Below are positions 18,595 to 27,866 of a stretch of 64,000 nucleotides of DNA, one piece after another. Position 1 is the first letter of the stretch; each line of letters begins with the position of its first letter. The stretch is from Candidatus Latescibacterota bacterium (GTDB lineage: Bacteria > Latescibacterota > UBA2968 > UBA8231). The stretch is from assembly GCA_965221775.1 (NCBI GenBank), contig CBDCSU010000005.1, positions 288,001-352,000 on the forward strand, read 5' to 3'. The position numbers and the translations under genes were made by a program. The notes below the pieces were generated by a model that had not been told where the DNA came from, ran no database searches, and saw only the letters and a list, made by a program, of their open reading frames with translations.

Positions 18595-20109
18595 TCAGAA
18601 CGGCGTCCAGTTGGGGTGCAGGTCATCGTACGGACTGTCGGTCACACGTTCCTCGACGCCGCTCTCGACGGAGAGGATGTAGATGTCGTAGCGCGTCTCC
18701 ACGTCGACCAGCCGGGCGAAGGCGATGCGGGTGCCGTCGGGGGACCAGGTCGGCGTCTCCTCCCAGGCCTCGCCGAAGGTCAGCTGCCGGGCGCCGCTGC
18801 CGTCGGCGGCCATGACCCACAGGTGGCTGATGTCGAAATCGTCCGGATCCAGCGCGACATAGGCGATCCAGGCCCCGTCGGGCGACCACGAAGGTTGTCC
18901 GACGAACTGGCCCTCCGGCGAGACGAGCCGCATGCCGCCGCCGGCCGGGTCCATGATGGAGATACCGTCGTCGCCGTCGTAGGCGATCGACGAGCCGTCG
19001 GGCGACCACGCGGGCGACCGGCCCCACGAGGCCTGGGGCTCATGGGTGAGGCGCTCCACGCCGCTGCCGTCGGCGTTCATGACGAAGACCTGCGGCCCCC
19101 TCCCTCCCCCGCCGCTGCGCTCGAAGACGATGTGCCCTCCGTCGGGCGACCAGGCGGGAGCCTGGTCGTAGGCGTCGTCGCGCGTCAGGTTCACCGGGTT
19201 TCCGCCGTCGGCGTCCATGACGTAGATCTCGAGGTTCCCGTCGCGGATCGAGCTGAAGGCCACCTTCGTCCCGTCCGGCGACCGGGCCGGCTGCTCGCCC
19301 CGGCGGGTGAAGAAGAGGGCCTCCAGGGAGTCGGGGAAGGTGCCGTCGGACTTCGGCAGGCCGGTGAGGGCGTAGGACAGGTTCACCACCTCGCCGGTCT
19401 CCAGGTCCAGGGAGTGCACCTCCAGGTCGCGCAGGTAATCGCCCTGGCGACGCCGGTTCGAGGAGAACAGGAGCTGCGTGGCGTATGCGGATCCGACGGG
19501 CACGACCACCTCGGCGGTGTCCTCCGGCTCCGGCGCGGTGTACTCCACGGTCACGCCGCGATCCCCCAGGGCGGCGAGCCGGTCCTGGGCCGCCTCGGTC
19601 AGCGGGTTGCCGGTGAGATCGACGCTCTGCAGGCTGTCGAGACCCGCCAGCGCCGACACCTCCGTCACCGCGTTGCCGGGCAGGAGCAGCACCCGCAGGC
19701 TCTTCAGCGAGGCCAGGGCGGACAACTCCTCGACCCGGTTGGCCCCCAGGTCGAGGTAGCGCAGCCTCGTCAGTCCCGCCAGCGGCGCCAGGTCGCGGAT
19801 CTCGTTGCCGTACAGATCCAGCACCTCCAGCCGCGTCAGCTGCTCGATGCCGGTCAGGTCGGCGATCCCCCGCTCCTTGGCGGTCAGCGTGACCAGCCCC
19901 GCCGCGCCGCCGGTTTCCGCCGCCGCGGCGGCTTCCTCCACCGCCGTCTGCAGCGCCGGGTCCGCGAAGACCAGGGCGGCACCGTCGGGGCCGACGGGGT
20001 CGGGACCGGGGCCGACGGGCGGGTCGGGCTCGGAGCCGCACCCGGCCAGCCCCAGGACGGCCATCAGGGCCGCGAGCTTCCAGGCCATCGTCGTGTGTGA
20101 TCCGGACAT
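18595..20109 (-). CDS. Lipoprotein with internalin-like LRR domain + TolB/PD40 beta-propeller (copy 1)
   Basis: Lipobox LAGC, FADPAL cap, LRRs (LEVLDLYGNEIRDLAPLAGLTRLRYLDLGANRV), five to six (W)SPDG PD40 repeats. Start at 20109 or 20088. Confidence 0.85.
   Translation of the reverse strand: MSGSHTTMAWKLAALMAVLGLAGCGSEPDPPVGPGPDPVGPDGAALVFADPALQTAVEEAAAAAETGGAAGLVTLTAKERGIADLTGIEQLTRLEVLDLYGNEIRDLAPLAGLTRLRYLDLGANRVEELSALASLKSLRVLLLPGNAVTEVSALAGLDSLQSVDLTGNPLTEAAQDRLAALGDRGVTVEYTAPEPEDTAEVVVPVGSAYATQLLFSSNRRRQGDYLRDLEVHSLDLETGEVVNLSYALTGLPKSDGTFPDSLEALFFTRRGEQPARSPDGTKVAFSSIRDGNLEIYVMDADGGNPVNLTRDDAYDQAPAWSPDGGHIVFERSGGGGRGPQVFVMNADGSGVERLTHEPQASWGRSPAWSPDGSSIAYDGDDGISIMDPAGGGMRLVSPEGQFVGQPSWSPDGAWIAYVALDPDDFDISHLWVMAADGSGARQLTFGEAWEETPTWSPDGTRIAFARLVDVETRYDIYILSVESGVEERVTDSPYDDLHPNWTPF
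19551..19675. repeat. Near-identical direct repeat of LRR C-cap coding DNA (partner 21076..21200)
   Basis: 125 nt aligned at offset 1525 with about 4 mismatches counted by eye. Confidence 0.8.
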
Positions 20110-20110
20110 C

Positions 20111-21616
20111 TCAGTACGGAGTCCAGTTGGGGTCCATGTCATCGTGCGGATCGTCGGTCAGCCGCTCCTCGGCGCCCCCCTCGACCGGGACGATGTAGAT
20201 GTCGTAGCGCGTCTCCAGCCGGGCGAAGGCGATGCGCCTGCCGTCCGGCGACCAGGTCGGGTCGGTGTCCCAGGCCTCGGCAAAGGTCAGCTGCCGGGCG
20301 CCGCTGCCGTCAGCGGCCATGACCCACACGTGCCTGACGTCGTCGTCGACCGTATCCGTCATGGTGTAGGCGATCCGGGCTCCGTCCGGCGACCACGCCG
20401 GACGCGTACCCCGCAGGCCTCCCTCCGAGAGGAGACGCAGGTCCCCGCTGTCGAGGTCGATGGAGTGAATCCCCCAGGCGGTCCCCATGCCCGAGACGCA
20501 GGCGATGGACGAGCCGTCGGGGGACCAGGCCGGCTGCACGGCCCACGGCGTCCCGGGCCCGAAGGTGAGCTGCTCGACGCCGCTGCCGTCGGCGTTCATG
20601 ACGAAGATGTGGGACTCGCCGCCGTCGCGTTCCGACTCGAAGGCGATGCGCCGTCCGTCGGGCGACCAGGCGGGACTCGAATCGAAGGCGGGGTGGCGCG
20701 TGAGGTTCACCGGATGGCCGCCGTCGGGGTCCATGACGTAGACCTCCTTGTCACCGTCCCGGAAGGTGGTGAAGGCCACCATCGTCCCGTCGGGAGACCG
20801 GGCCGGCTCCTCGCTGGTGGGCGAGACGTATTGGCGCTCCAGGGAGTCGGGCTCGGCGCCGTCGGCAAAGGGGACGACGGCCAGGACCGAGCACAGGTTC
20901 ACGACCTCGCCGGTCTCCAGGTCCAGGGAGTGCACCTCGGGGCTGGACAGGTAGGGACCCTCGAGGCGCCGGTTCGAGGAGAACAGGAGCTGCGAGTCTG
21001 TCAGAGGCGGGGCCGCACCCTCCGGCGGGACCACCTGCACGCTGTCCTCCGGCTCCGGGGCGGCGAACTCGACGCTCACGCCGCGATCCCCCAGGGCGGC
21101 GAGTCGGTCCTGGGCCGCCTCGGTCAGCGGGTTGCCGGTGAGGTCGACGCTCTGCAGGCTGTCGAGACCCGCCAGCGCCGAGACCTCCGCCACCGCGTTG
21201 TCCGCCAGCAGCAGCACCCGCAGGCTCTTCAGCGACGCCAGGGGCGTCACCTCCTCCACCCGGTTGCTCCCCAGGTCGAGGTAGCGCAACCGTTTGAGTT
21301 CCGCCAACGGCGACAGGTCGCGGATCTCGTTGCCGTACAGGTCCAGCACCTCCAGACGCGCCAGCTGCGCGATGCCGCCCAGGTCGGCGATACCCCGCTC
21401 CTTGGCGTTCAGGGAGACCAGCTCCACCGCGGTCCCGCCAGCGGCCGCCGCGGCCTCCTCCACCGCCGCCTGCAGGGCCGGGTCCGCGAAGACCAGCGCG
21501 GCGCCTGCGTCTCCGTCCGGCCCGGGCTCGGGGCCGGTGGGGCCATCCGGCTCGGAGCCGCAGCCGGCCAGGGCCAGGGCGGCGGCCGGGATCAGGACTC
21601 GAGGCAGGGCCGTCAT
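20111..21616 (-). CDS. Lipoprotein with LRR domain + TolB/PD40 beta-propeller (copy 2)
   Basis: Start MTALPRVLIPAAALALAGC. Same architecture as copy 1, with PAWSPDG repeats. Confidence 0.85.
   Translation of the reverse strand: MTALPRVLIPAAALALAGCGSEPDGPTGPEPGPDGDAGAALVFADPALQAAVEEAAAAAGGTAVELVSLNAKERGIADLGGIAQLARLEVLDLYGNEIRDLSPLAELKRLRYLDLGSNRVEEVTPLASLKSLRVLLLADNAVAEVSALAGLDSLQSVDLTGNPLTEAAQDRLAALGDRGVSVEFAAPEPEDSVQVVPPEGAAPPLTDSQLLFSSNRRLEGPYLSSPEVHSLDLETGEVVNLCSVLAVVPFADGAEPDSLERQYVSPTSEEPARSPDGTMVAFTTFRDGDKEVYVMDPDGGHPVNLTRHPAFDSSPAWSPDGRRIAFESERDGGESHIFVMNADGSGVEQLTFGPGTPWAVQPAWSPDGSSIACVSGMGTAWGIHSIDLDSGDLRLLSEGGLRGTRPAWSPDGARIAYTMTDTVDDDVRHVWVMAADGSGARQLTFAEAWDTDPTWSPDGRRIAFARLETRYDIYIVPVEGGAEERLTDDPHDDMDPNWTPY
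21204..21477. repeat. Near-identical direct repeat of LRR-coding DNA (partner 22694..22967)
   Basis: 274 nt aligned at offset 1490 with about 8 mismatches counted by eye. Confidence 0.85.
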
Positions 21617-21618
21617 GG

Positions 21619-23133
21619 TCAGAAGGGCGCCCAGCACGGGTCCTGGTCCACCCCCGGATCGTCGGTGATCTGCTCTCCGGGGCCCCCCTCGGCGGGGATC
21701 GCGTAGAGGTCCTCGGAACTGCCTCCGGGCCGCTCCTCGCGGGAGAAGAGGATGCGGGCGCCGTCGGGGGACCAGGTGGGGCGGCCCCGCCAGAACGTGC
21801 CGGAGGTCAGCCGGCGGGGCTCGCCGCCGTCGGCGGAGATCTTCCACACGTGACTTTCGTCGGGGTCCACGGGCTCGATGTAGGCGATCCAGCGGCCGTC
21901 GGGAGACCAGGAGGGCCCCCACAGGATCCCGCCGTGGTCGGCCAGGACCCGCACCGCGCCGCTGGACAGCTCGATGGCGTAGATCCTGGAGAGGCCCGCG
22001 CCGTCGAGCTGGTTGAAGGCGATGGACGAGCCGTCCGGCGACCACGCCGGGTCACTGGCCCGGACTGGCCGCTGACTGAAGGTCAACTGCTCCACGCCGC
22101 TGCCGTCGGCGTTCATGACGAAGATGTCCTTTTCCCCCTGGCGGTCGGAGACGAAGGCGATCCGCCGCCCGTCGGGCGACCAGGCGGGCTTCGTGTCCCG
22201 GGCCTCGTGGCGAGTGAGGTTCCTCGGAGAGCCGCCGTCGGCGGCCATCACGTAGATCTCCCGGTTGCCGTCCCGGTAGGAGGTGAAGGCGATCCACATC
22301 CCGTCAGGGGACTGGGCCGGGTCCTCGCCCTGACGCCGGCGCTGCAGGGAGACGCTGTCCGGATCGGCGAGGGGAGCTGCGGCCAGGCCATCGGACAGGC
22401 TCACGACCTCGCCGGTCTTCAGGTCGAGGGAATAGACCTCCAAGTCCGTGCGCAGACCAGTGCGCCGGGACGAGGCGAAGAGGATCGGCAGCTCTCCAAG
22501 GGCCGCCAGACCCTCTCCCTCACCCATCCCTTCCGTCCCATCCGGCGCCGCGAACTCCACGGTCACGCCCCGTTCCCGCAGCTCCGCCAGCTGGGACTCG
22601 ACCGCGTCCTCGCTCAGCGGGTTGCCCGTGAGTTCGACGCTCTGCAGGCTGTCGAGACCCGCCAGCGCCGACACCTCCGTCACCCCGTTGCCGGCCAGCA
22701 GCAGCACCCGCAGGCTCTTCAGCGACGCCAGGGGCGTCACCTCCTCCACCCGGTTGCTCCCCAGGTCGAGGTAGCGCAACCGTTTGAGCCCCGCCAACGG
22801 CGACAGGTCCCGGATCTCGTTGCCGTACAGATCCAGGGCCTCCAGCCGCGCCAGCTGCGCGATGCCGCCCAGGTCGGCGATCCCCCGCTCCTTGGCGTTC
22901 AGGGAGACCAGCTCCACCGCGGTCCCGCCAGCGGCCGCCGCGGCCTCCTCCACCGCCGCCTGCAGGGACGAGTCGGCGAAGACCAACGCGGCGCCTGCCT
23001 CTCCGTCCGGCCCGGGCCCGGGGCCGACGGGGGGTTCCGGCCCGGATCCGCAGCCCGCCAAGGCCAGGGCGGCCAGGGCCAACCCGCGGCCAGAGACTGT
23101 TGCCGCCAGTTTCCCGAATACGGAAAAGTCCAT
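21619..23133 (-). CDS. Lipoprotein with LRR domain + TolB/PD40 beta-propeller (copy 3)
   Basis: C-terminal part of ORF 21619..24537, from MDFSVFGKLAATVSGRGLALAALALAGC (start uncertain). LRR plus WSPDG repeats. Confidence 0.8.
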   Translation of the reverse strand: MDFSVFGKLAATVSGRGLALAALALAGCGSGPEPPVGPGPGPDGEAGAALVFADSSLQAAVEEAAAAAGGTAVELVSLNAKERGIADLGGIAQLARLEALDLYGNEIRDLSPLAGLKRLRYLDLGSNRVEEVTPLASLKSLRVLLLAGNGVTEVSALAGLDSLQSVELTGNPLSEDAVESQLAELRERGVTVEFAAPDGTEGMGEGEGLAALGELPILFASSRRTGLRTDLEVYSLDLKTGEVVSLSDGLAAAPLADPDSVSLQRRRQGEDPAQSPDGMWIAFTSYRDGNREIYVMAADGGSPRNLTRHEARDTKPAWSPDGRRIAFVSDRQGEKDIFVMNADGSGVEQLTFSQRPVRASDPAWSPDGSSIAFNQLDGAGLSRIYAIELSSGAVRVLADHGGILWGPSWSPDGRWIAYIEPVDPDESHVWKISADGGEPRRLTSGTFWRGRPTWSPDGARILFSREERPGGSSEDLYAIPAEGGPGEQITDDPGVDQDPCWAPF

Positions 23134-23172
23134 GATTATTAAGGGGTTAGGTACAATTGTGGACTTAGTCAA
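23120..23172. promoter_or_regulatory. AT-rich putative promoter/regulator-binding patch at the head of the 16-kb operon
   Basis: Conspicuously AT-rich against a high-GC background. Inverted repeat AAGTCCA(23126-32)/TGGACTT(23160-66), palindrome ACAATTGT, IHF-like TAACCCCTTAATA and a TTGACT -35-like hexamer on the minus strand. Confidence 0.4.
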
Positions 23173-25259
23173 GCGTCTTCGCAGTGGAACAGACCCACCG
23201 ACCAGGGCTCGATCCCCACCTCGAAGGCGCCGTCCTCGAATGCCACCTTCCGGCCCGTCAGAAGGTCCCTCACGCTCCGGGCCCGCCACGCCGGCTGCAG
23301 AGTCGCCCGCGCCGCGCTCCGCTCGAGGTTGAAGGCGAAGATCAGCCGTCCGCCCCGGCGGGACCCGCGGACGGTGGTGACCAGGCGGCCGCCGGCCACT
23401 GCGACGGGAGCCTGGATGCCGGCCTCCTCCACCAGGCCGAGGACCAGACCGGGATGACCGGCATCCCGGAATCCCGCCGACAGGGTCAGGCCGTACCAGG
23501 TGAAGCGGCCGTCGCCGCTGCGCACGGCCACCACCCGGCCGCCGAGGCGCGCGATGGCCGTCGAGTCCCCTTGCGGCTCGAGGACGGCGTAGCCGCACGG
23601 CGTGGTGACGGGCACCGGCCCCCGGGGCGTCTCCAGGAGGTTCTCCCCGCGGCGGATGTCGTCCGGGGTCACGGCGGAGAAGTCCTCGACGCGCACCCCG
23701 AGGCGGCGGGAGAACCCCTCGGGCGGGGCCTCGCTCGACAGGCCGTTCTCCTGGTAGAGGCCGAAGCTGCCCTCGGCGACCAGCCGCGTCTCCGGACTCT
23801 CCTCGAGAGTGTGGTCGATGCGGTCCCGTGCCTCGCCGCTCATGAGGGCGAGATTGGGCAGGAAGAGGAGGCGGTAGCCCGACCAGTCGATGCGCGGCGA
23901 CACGATGTCGGCGGGGATGCCGTGCTGCCAGAGGGTCCGGTAGACCCCGCGCAGATCGGCGTTGAAGCGCCCGGTCTGGCCGTTGAGGCCGAAGAGTTCC
24001 TGCGACTCCGGGTGGTAGACGATGCCCACCTTCGCGGGCGGGCACTCCAGGGGCAGGTGGTCCTTCATCGCCTCGATGCGGTCCACGGCGGCGGCCACCG
24101 CTCTCAGGCGCTCGGTCGGTCTTCCGTCGAGGGCGGCGAGGTTGTACCCAGGTGACTCGAAGCTGAGGTACTCGGGGCGGTACTGCCAGAACATGCATCC
24201 GGCGGCGCCTCCGGCGAGGGTCATCCACAGCAGGGTGGTGAGCTCGCGCGGATCGGACTGCTTCTTCCAGGTCACGCCGCCGGGGGACATGCCGGCGTAG
24301 ATCTCCTCGTTCCACCAGCGGCCGTTCACCCCCTGGCCGCGGGATAGGTCGAAGCTGAAGGCCCGGTCGGCGAGCGGGTACGGGTCGTCCGCGGTGAGCA
24401 GGTTGTTCGACGACATGGACATCCCCCAGCTGTCGACCTCCCGGGCGCACTCCTCGTCCCAGGGGCGCGGCGTGGAGGCGGCGTGGGCCCGGATCTCGTG
24501 GAGGGGGTCGATCCTCCGGGCCTCGGCGACCATCCATCTCAGATGGCCGACCAGGTTCAGGCGGTGGAAGCGCAGGTAGAGCAGCATCTCCACCACGTTG
24601 TGATTCGAGCGCGGCGGCTCGACATCCTCCCAGTCCCGGTAGCGGCGCAGGACCCGGGCGTTCAGCTCATCGAGGGTGAAGCGCTCGCGCAGCCAGGCCT
24701 TGTAGCGGGCCCGGGTGTGCTCGCAGTAGCAGGGCAGGCCGTCGCCGCGGCGGGGCCACGATGGGCTGACGCCGTCCCACAACCCCCAGACGAGCAGGTT
24801 GGGCCGGTCCCTGTAGCGGTTGACCACGTGTCTCAGGAGAGCTCCGCCGCGCTCGCGCCAGGCCGGATGATCGCAGCAGTGGATCATCGCCCCCTGGGGC
24901 GTGGCGGGGCTCGCGTCTCCCAGGCTCGGCTCGCCCCGGTGGCTGACGGTCCGCATGTCCGGGTGCTCCCGGAGCAGCCACTCGGGGCAGGCGCCGTGGG
25001 TGGCGAGGGTGATGTCCATCCACACCGACAGACCGTGCCTGGCGGCCAGATCGAAGAGCAGGTCGAAGTCGTCCAACTCGTAGACCCCCGGCCGCGGCTC
25101 CATCCAGTTCCAGTAGCTGAAGCTGCGCACCACGCGGAGACCGGAGCGCCGGATGCGGGCGAAGTCACCGTCCCATGTGCGGGGCCCCGGGATCGGCGCG
25201 CGGTAGTACTCCACGCCGACCGGAAAGGGTGTCTCCGGATGGGGCCTGAATGCGGGCAT
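23169..25259 (-). CDS. Beta-galactosidase-like glycoside hydrolase (GH42 family) with trimerisation domain
   Basis: GVEYY..W..D...I..SG...VR.FSYWNWMEPRPGVY, CPEWL, CYC, WL..R(F)TLDELN, FWQYRPE, YRLLFLPNL. No signal peptide. Confidence 0.8.
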   Translation of the reverse strand: MPAFRPHPETPFPVGVEYYRAPIPGPRTWDGDFARIRRSGLRVVRSFSYWNWMEPRPGVYELDDFDLLFDLAARHGLSVWMDITLATHGACPEWLLREHPDMRTVSHRGEPSLGDASPATPQGAMIHCCDHPAWRERGGALLRHVVNRYRDRPNLLVWGLWDGVSPSWPRRGDGLPCYCEHTRARYKAWLRERFTLDELNARVLRRYRDWEDVEPPRSNHNVVEMLLYLRFHRLNLVGHLRWMVAEARRIDPLHEIRAHAASTPRPWDEECAREVDSWGMSMSSNNLLTADDPYPLADRAFSFDLSRGQGVNGRWWNEEIYAGMSPGGVTWKKQSDPRELTTLLWMTLAGGAAGCMFWQYRPEYLSFESPGYNLAALDGRPTERLRAVAAAVDRIEAMKDHLPLECPPAKVGIVYHPESQELFGLNGQTGRFNADLRGVYRTLWQHGIPADIVSPRIDWSGYRLLFLPNLALMSGEARDRIDHTLEESPETRLVAEGSFGLYQENGLSSEAPPEGFSRRLGVRVEDFSAVTPDDIRRGENLLETPRGPVPVTTPCGYAVLEPQGDSTAIARLGGRVVAVRSGDGRFTWYGLTLSAGFRDAGHPGLVLGLVEEAGIQAPVAVAGGRLVTTVRGSRRGGRLIFAFNLERSAARATLQPAWRARSVRDLLTGRKVAFEDGAFEVGIEPWSVGLFHCEDA

Positions 25260-25294
25260 TGAAGAAACCTCCCGGCGCCACTAAGCTCTTTTCG

Positions 25295-27121
25295 ATGAAC
25301 ATCCTGGGGATCTCCGCCTACTACCACGACAGCGCCGCCTGCCTCGTGCGGGACGGGGAGATCGTGGCCGCGGCCCAGGAGGAGCGCTTCACCCGCAGGA
25401 AGCACGATCACGAGTTCCCGCAGAACGCCGTCGACTTCTGCCTCGACTGCGGCGGCCTCGAGCCCGGAAACCTCGATCTGGTCGCCTTCTACGACAAACC
25501 GCTCCTCAAGTTCGACCGCCTCCTCGAGACCTGGATCAGCTTCGCCCCGAGGGGCTTCAAGCTCTTCCTCATGGGCATGCCCTTGTGGTTGAGGCAGAAG
25601 CTCCACACCCCCCGGGAGCTGGACCGCGGTCTGCGCGGCGGCTACCAGGGGCGCTACCTCTTCCCCTCCCACCACGAGTCGCACGCGGCCAGCGCCTTCT
25701 ACCCGTCCCCCTTCCAGGAGGCCGCCATCGTCACCCTGGACGGCGTCGGCGAGTGGGCCACGGGCACCATCGCCCTGGGCCGCGGCCACGAGATCGAGAT
25801 GCTCAGGGAGATGCGCTTCCCCCACTCCCTCGGCCTGCTCTACTCGGCCTTCACCTACTTCACCGGTTTCCGGGTCAACAGCGGCGAGTACAAGCTCATG
25901 GGCCTGGCGCCGTACGGCGAGCCCGTCTACCGCGACCTCATCGTCGAGGAACTGCTCGACATCAAGGAGGACGGCTCCTTCCGCATGGACATGTCCTACT
26001 TCGGGTTCTGCCATACCGATGTCATGACCACGCCGAAGATGGACCGGCTCTTCGGAGGACCGCCGCGGCAGCCGGAGGGCGAGATCACCCGGCGCGAGAT
26101 GGACCTGGCCGCCTCGATACAGGCGGTGACCGAGGAGATCGTGCTGAAGATCGCGGGCCACGCCCACGAGCTGACGGGCGCCCGCCACCTGGCGATGGCC
26201 GGCGGCGTGGCCCTCAACTGCGTCGCCAACGGGCGCCTGCTGCGCGAGGGGCCCTTCGAGGACCTGTGGGTCCAGCCCGCCGCCGGAGACGCGGGCGGCG
26301 CCCTCGGAGCGGCCTTGTTCACCTGGCACCAGCTCCTGGGCCACTCGCGCCGCGCGGCGCCCGGGGACAGTCAGGGCGGATCGCTTCTCGGCCCCCGCTT
26401 CGACGACGACGAGATCCGCCGGGCCCTGGACGCGGCCGGGGCGGTGTACCGCCGCTGCGACGACGAGACCGAGCTGATCGACCGGATCGCCGAGTTGGTG
26501 GAGCAGGAGAAGGTGGTGGGGCACTTCGCCGGCCGCGCCGAGTTCGGTCCCCGGGCCCTCGGCAGCCGCTCCATCCTCGGCGACGCGCGATCGGCCGAGA
26601 TGCAGTCGGTGATGAACCTCAAGATCAAGTTCCGCGAGTCCTTCCGGCCCTTCGCTCCCGCCGTCCTGCGCGAGGACGTGGGCGAGTACTTCGAGATGCG
26701 GCCCGGATACAGCAGTCCCTACATGCTCGTCGTGGCCCCGGTCCGGGAGGAGCACCGGCTGCCCTCCGGTTCGACTCCCGGGGGGCTGGAGCAGCGCAAC
26801 GAGAGGCGCTCCACGGTCCCGGCCATCACCCACGTCGACTACTCGGCCCGCGTGCAGACCGTCGACGCCGGCCACCACCCCCGGTTCCGCGGGATCGTCG
26901 AGCGCTTCAAGGAGCGGACGGGGATACCGGTCCTGATCAACACCAGCTTCAACGTCCGCGGCGAGCCGATGGTGAACACCCCCGCCGACGCCTACCGCTG
27001 CTTCATGGCCACCGGCATGGACGCCCTGGTCCTGGAGAGCTGCCTCCTTCTGAAGGAGGACCAGCCCGAGGCCCGGGCCTTCGACGCCTCGGCGTACCTC
27101 GCCGAGTTCGCCCTGGACTGA
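25295..27121 (+). CDS. O-carbamoyltransferase, NodU/CmcH (SxtI-like) family
   Basis: MNILGISAYYHDSAA..AAAQEERFTRRKH, HHESHAASAF, LDGVGEW, SLGLLYS, GEYKLMGLAPYG, AGGVALNC, EFGPRALG, RESFRPFAP, NTSFNVRGEP. Confidence 0.95.
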   Translation: MNILGISAYYHDSAACLVRDGEIVAAAQEERFTRRKHDHEFPQNAVDFCLDCGGLEPGNLDLVAFYDKPLLKFDRLLETWISFAPRGFKLFLMGMPLWLRQKLHTPRELDRGLRGGYQGRYLFPSHHESHAASAFYPSPFQEAAIVTLDGVGEWATGTIALGRGHEIEMLREMRFPHSLGLLYSAFTYFTGFRVNSGEYKLMGLAPYGEPVYRDLIVEELLDIKEDGSFRMDMSYFGFCHTDVMTTPKMDRLFGGPPRQPEGEITRREMDLAASIQAVTEEIVLKIAGHAHELTGARHLAMAGGVALNCVANGRLLREGPFEDLWVQPAAGDAGGALGAALFTWHQLLGHSRRAAPGDSQGGSLLGPRFDDDEIRRALDAAGAVYRRCDDETELIDRIAELVEQEKVVGHFAGRAEFGPRALGSRSILGDARSAEMQSVMNLKIKFRESFRPFAPAVLREDVGEYFEMRPGYSSPYMLVVAPVREEHRLPSGSTPGGLEQRNERRSTVPAITHVDYSARVQTVDAGHHPRFRGIVERFKERTGIPVLINTSFNVRGEPMVNTPADAYRCFMATGMDALVLESCLLLKEDQPEARAFDASAYLAEFALD

Positions 27122-27138
27122 GGGAGACCACCTGTCCC

Positions 27139-27576
27139 ATGCTGCGGATCGACCTCCGGCCCGACCGACGGAAGCTGCGGCACTTCGGCTTCATCGCCCT
27201 CGCCGGCTTCGGCGCCCTGGCGGTCATGGCCTGGTTCGAACGGCTGGTCTTCGCCTTCGGCCTGGGCGACGCCCGTCCAATCGCCGCCGGGGTCCTGGCG
27301 GGGCTGGGACTCCTGTCGGCCCTTCTCTCCCTCGTCCACCCCAGGGCCAACCGTCCCTTGTACGTCGGCCTCACCCTGCTCGCCCTGCCGGTCGGCTACC
27401 TGGTCTCCTACCTGGCGATGGGCGCCTTGTTCTACCTCCTCATCACGCCCCTGGGCCTGTTCTTCCGGATCGTCGGGCGCGACCCCCTGCACCGGCGGTT
27501 CCGACGGGAGGCCGAGTCCTACTGGATCCCCCTGGGGCCGCGCCCCCCCCGGGAGCGCTACTTCCGGCAGTTCTGA
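27139..27576 (+). CDS. SxtJ family membrane protein
   Basis: C-terminal part of ORF 25585..27576, from MLRIDLRPDRRKLRHFG. TM helices, FYLLITPLG..R..GRDPL, SYW, ends YFRQF. Confidence 0.85.
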   Translation: MLRIDLRPDRRKLRHFGFIALAGFGALAVMAWFERLVFAFGLGDARPIAAGVLAGLGLLSALLSLVHPRANRPLYVGLTLLALPVGYLVSYLAMGALFYLLITPLGLFFRIVGRDPLHRRFRREAESYWIPLGPRPPRERYFRQF

Positions 27577-27596
27577 CCCCGGAGACGGAGACCGAC

Positions 27597-27797
27597 GTGA
27601 CAGACGATCCGAAGAGCGACGATCTCGCCGCCCAGGCCCGGCAGAAGCGCAGCGGGCTGGCCTCCGAGTTTCTCGCCTTCCTGAGGGACAACAAGAAGTG
27701 GTGGCTGGCGCCGATCCTGCTCACCGTCGCCGGCCTCGGGCTGGTGGTCATGCTCAGCGGCACCGCCGCGGCGCCCTTCATCTACACCCTGTTCTGA
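27597..27797 (+). CDS. DUF5989 (SxtK-like) small membrane protein
   Basis: EFLAFLRDNKKWWLAPI...AAPFIYTLF signature, downstream of the carbamoyltransferase and SxtJ genes. Confidence 0.9.
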   Translation: MTDDPKSDDLAAQARQKRSGLASEFLAFLRDNKKWWLAPILLTVAGLGLVVMLSGTAAAPFIYTLF

Positions 27798-27839
27798 TCC
27801 CTTCGCCGGCGGCGCACCGCTGGCGGGAGAGCGGCCTGC

Positions 27840-27859
27840 CCCGGGGCGGGAACCCCGGG
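27840..27859. terminator. GC hairpin between convergent genes, possible terminator
   Basis: CCCGGGG-cgggaa-CCCCGGG 7-bp stem. No U-tract. Confidence 0.25.
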
Positions 27860-27866
27860 AAGGCGA

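Noticed and set aside
18595-23133. CRISPR array or diversity-generating retroelement behind the DNA repeats
   Set aside because: The repeats are in-frame coding paralogy. There is no repeat-spacer periodicity, no cas or reverse transcriptase gene, and mismatches are not adenine-specific.
25295-27797. Saxitoxin biosynthesis (sxtI/J/K similarity)
   Set aside because: No sxtA/G/B-like genes are present, and the triad is widespread outside toxin producers.
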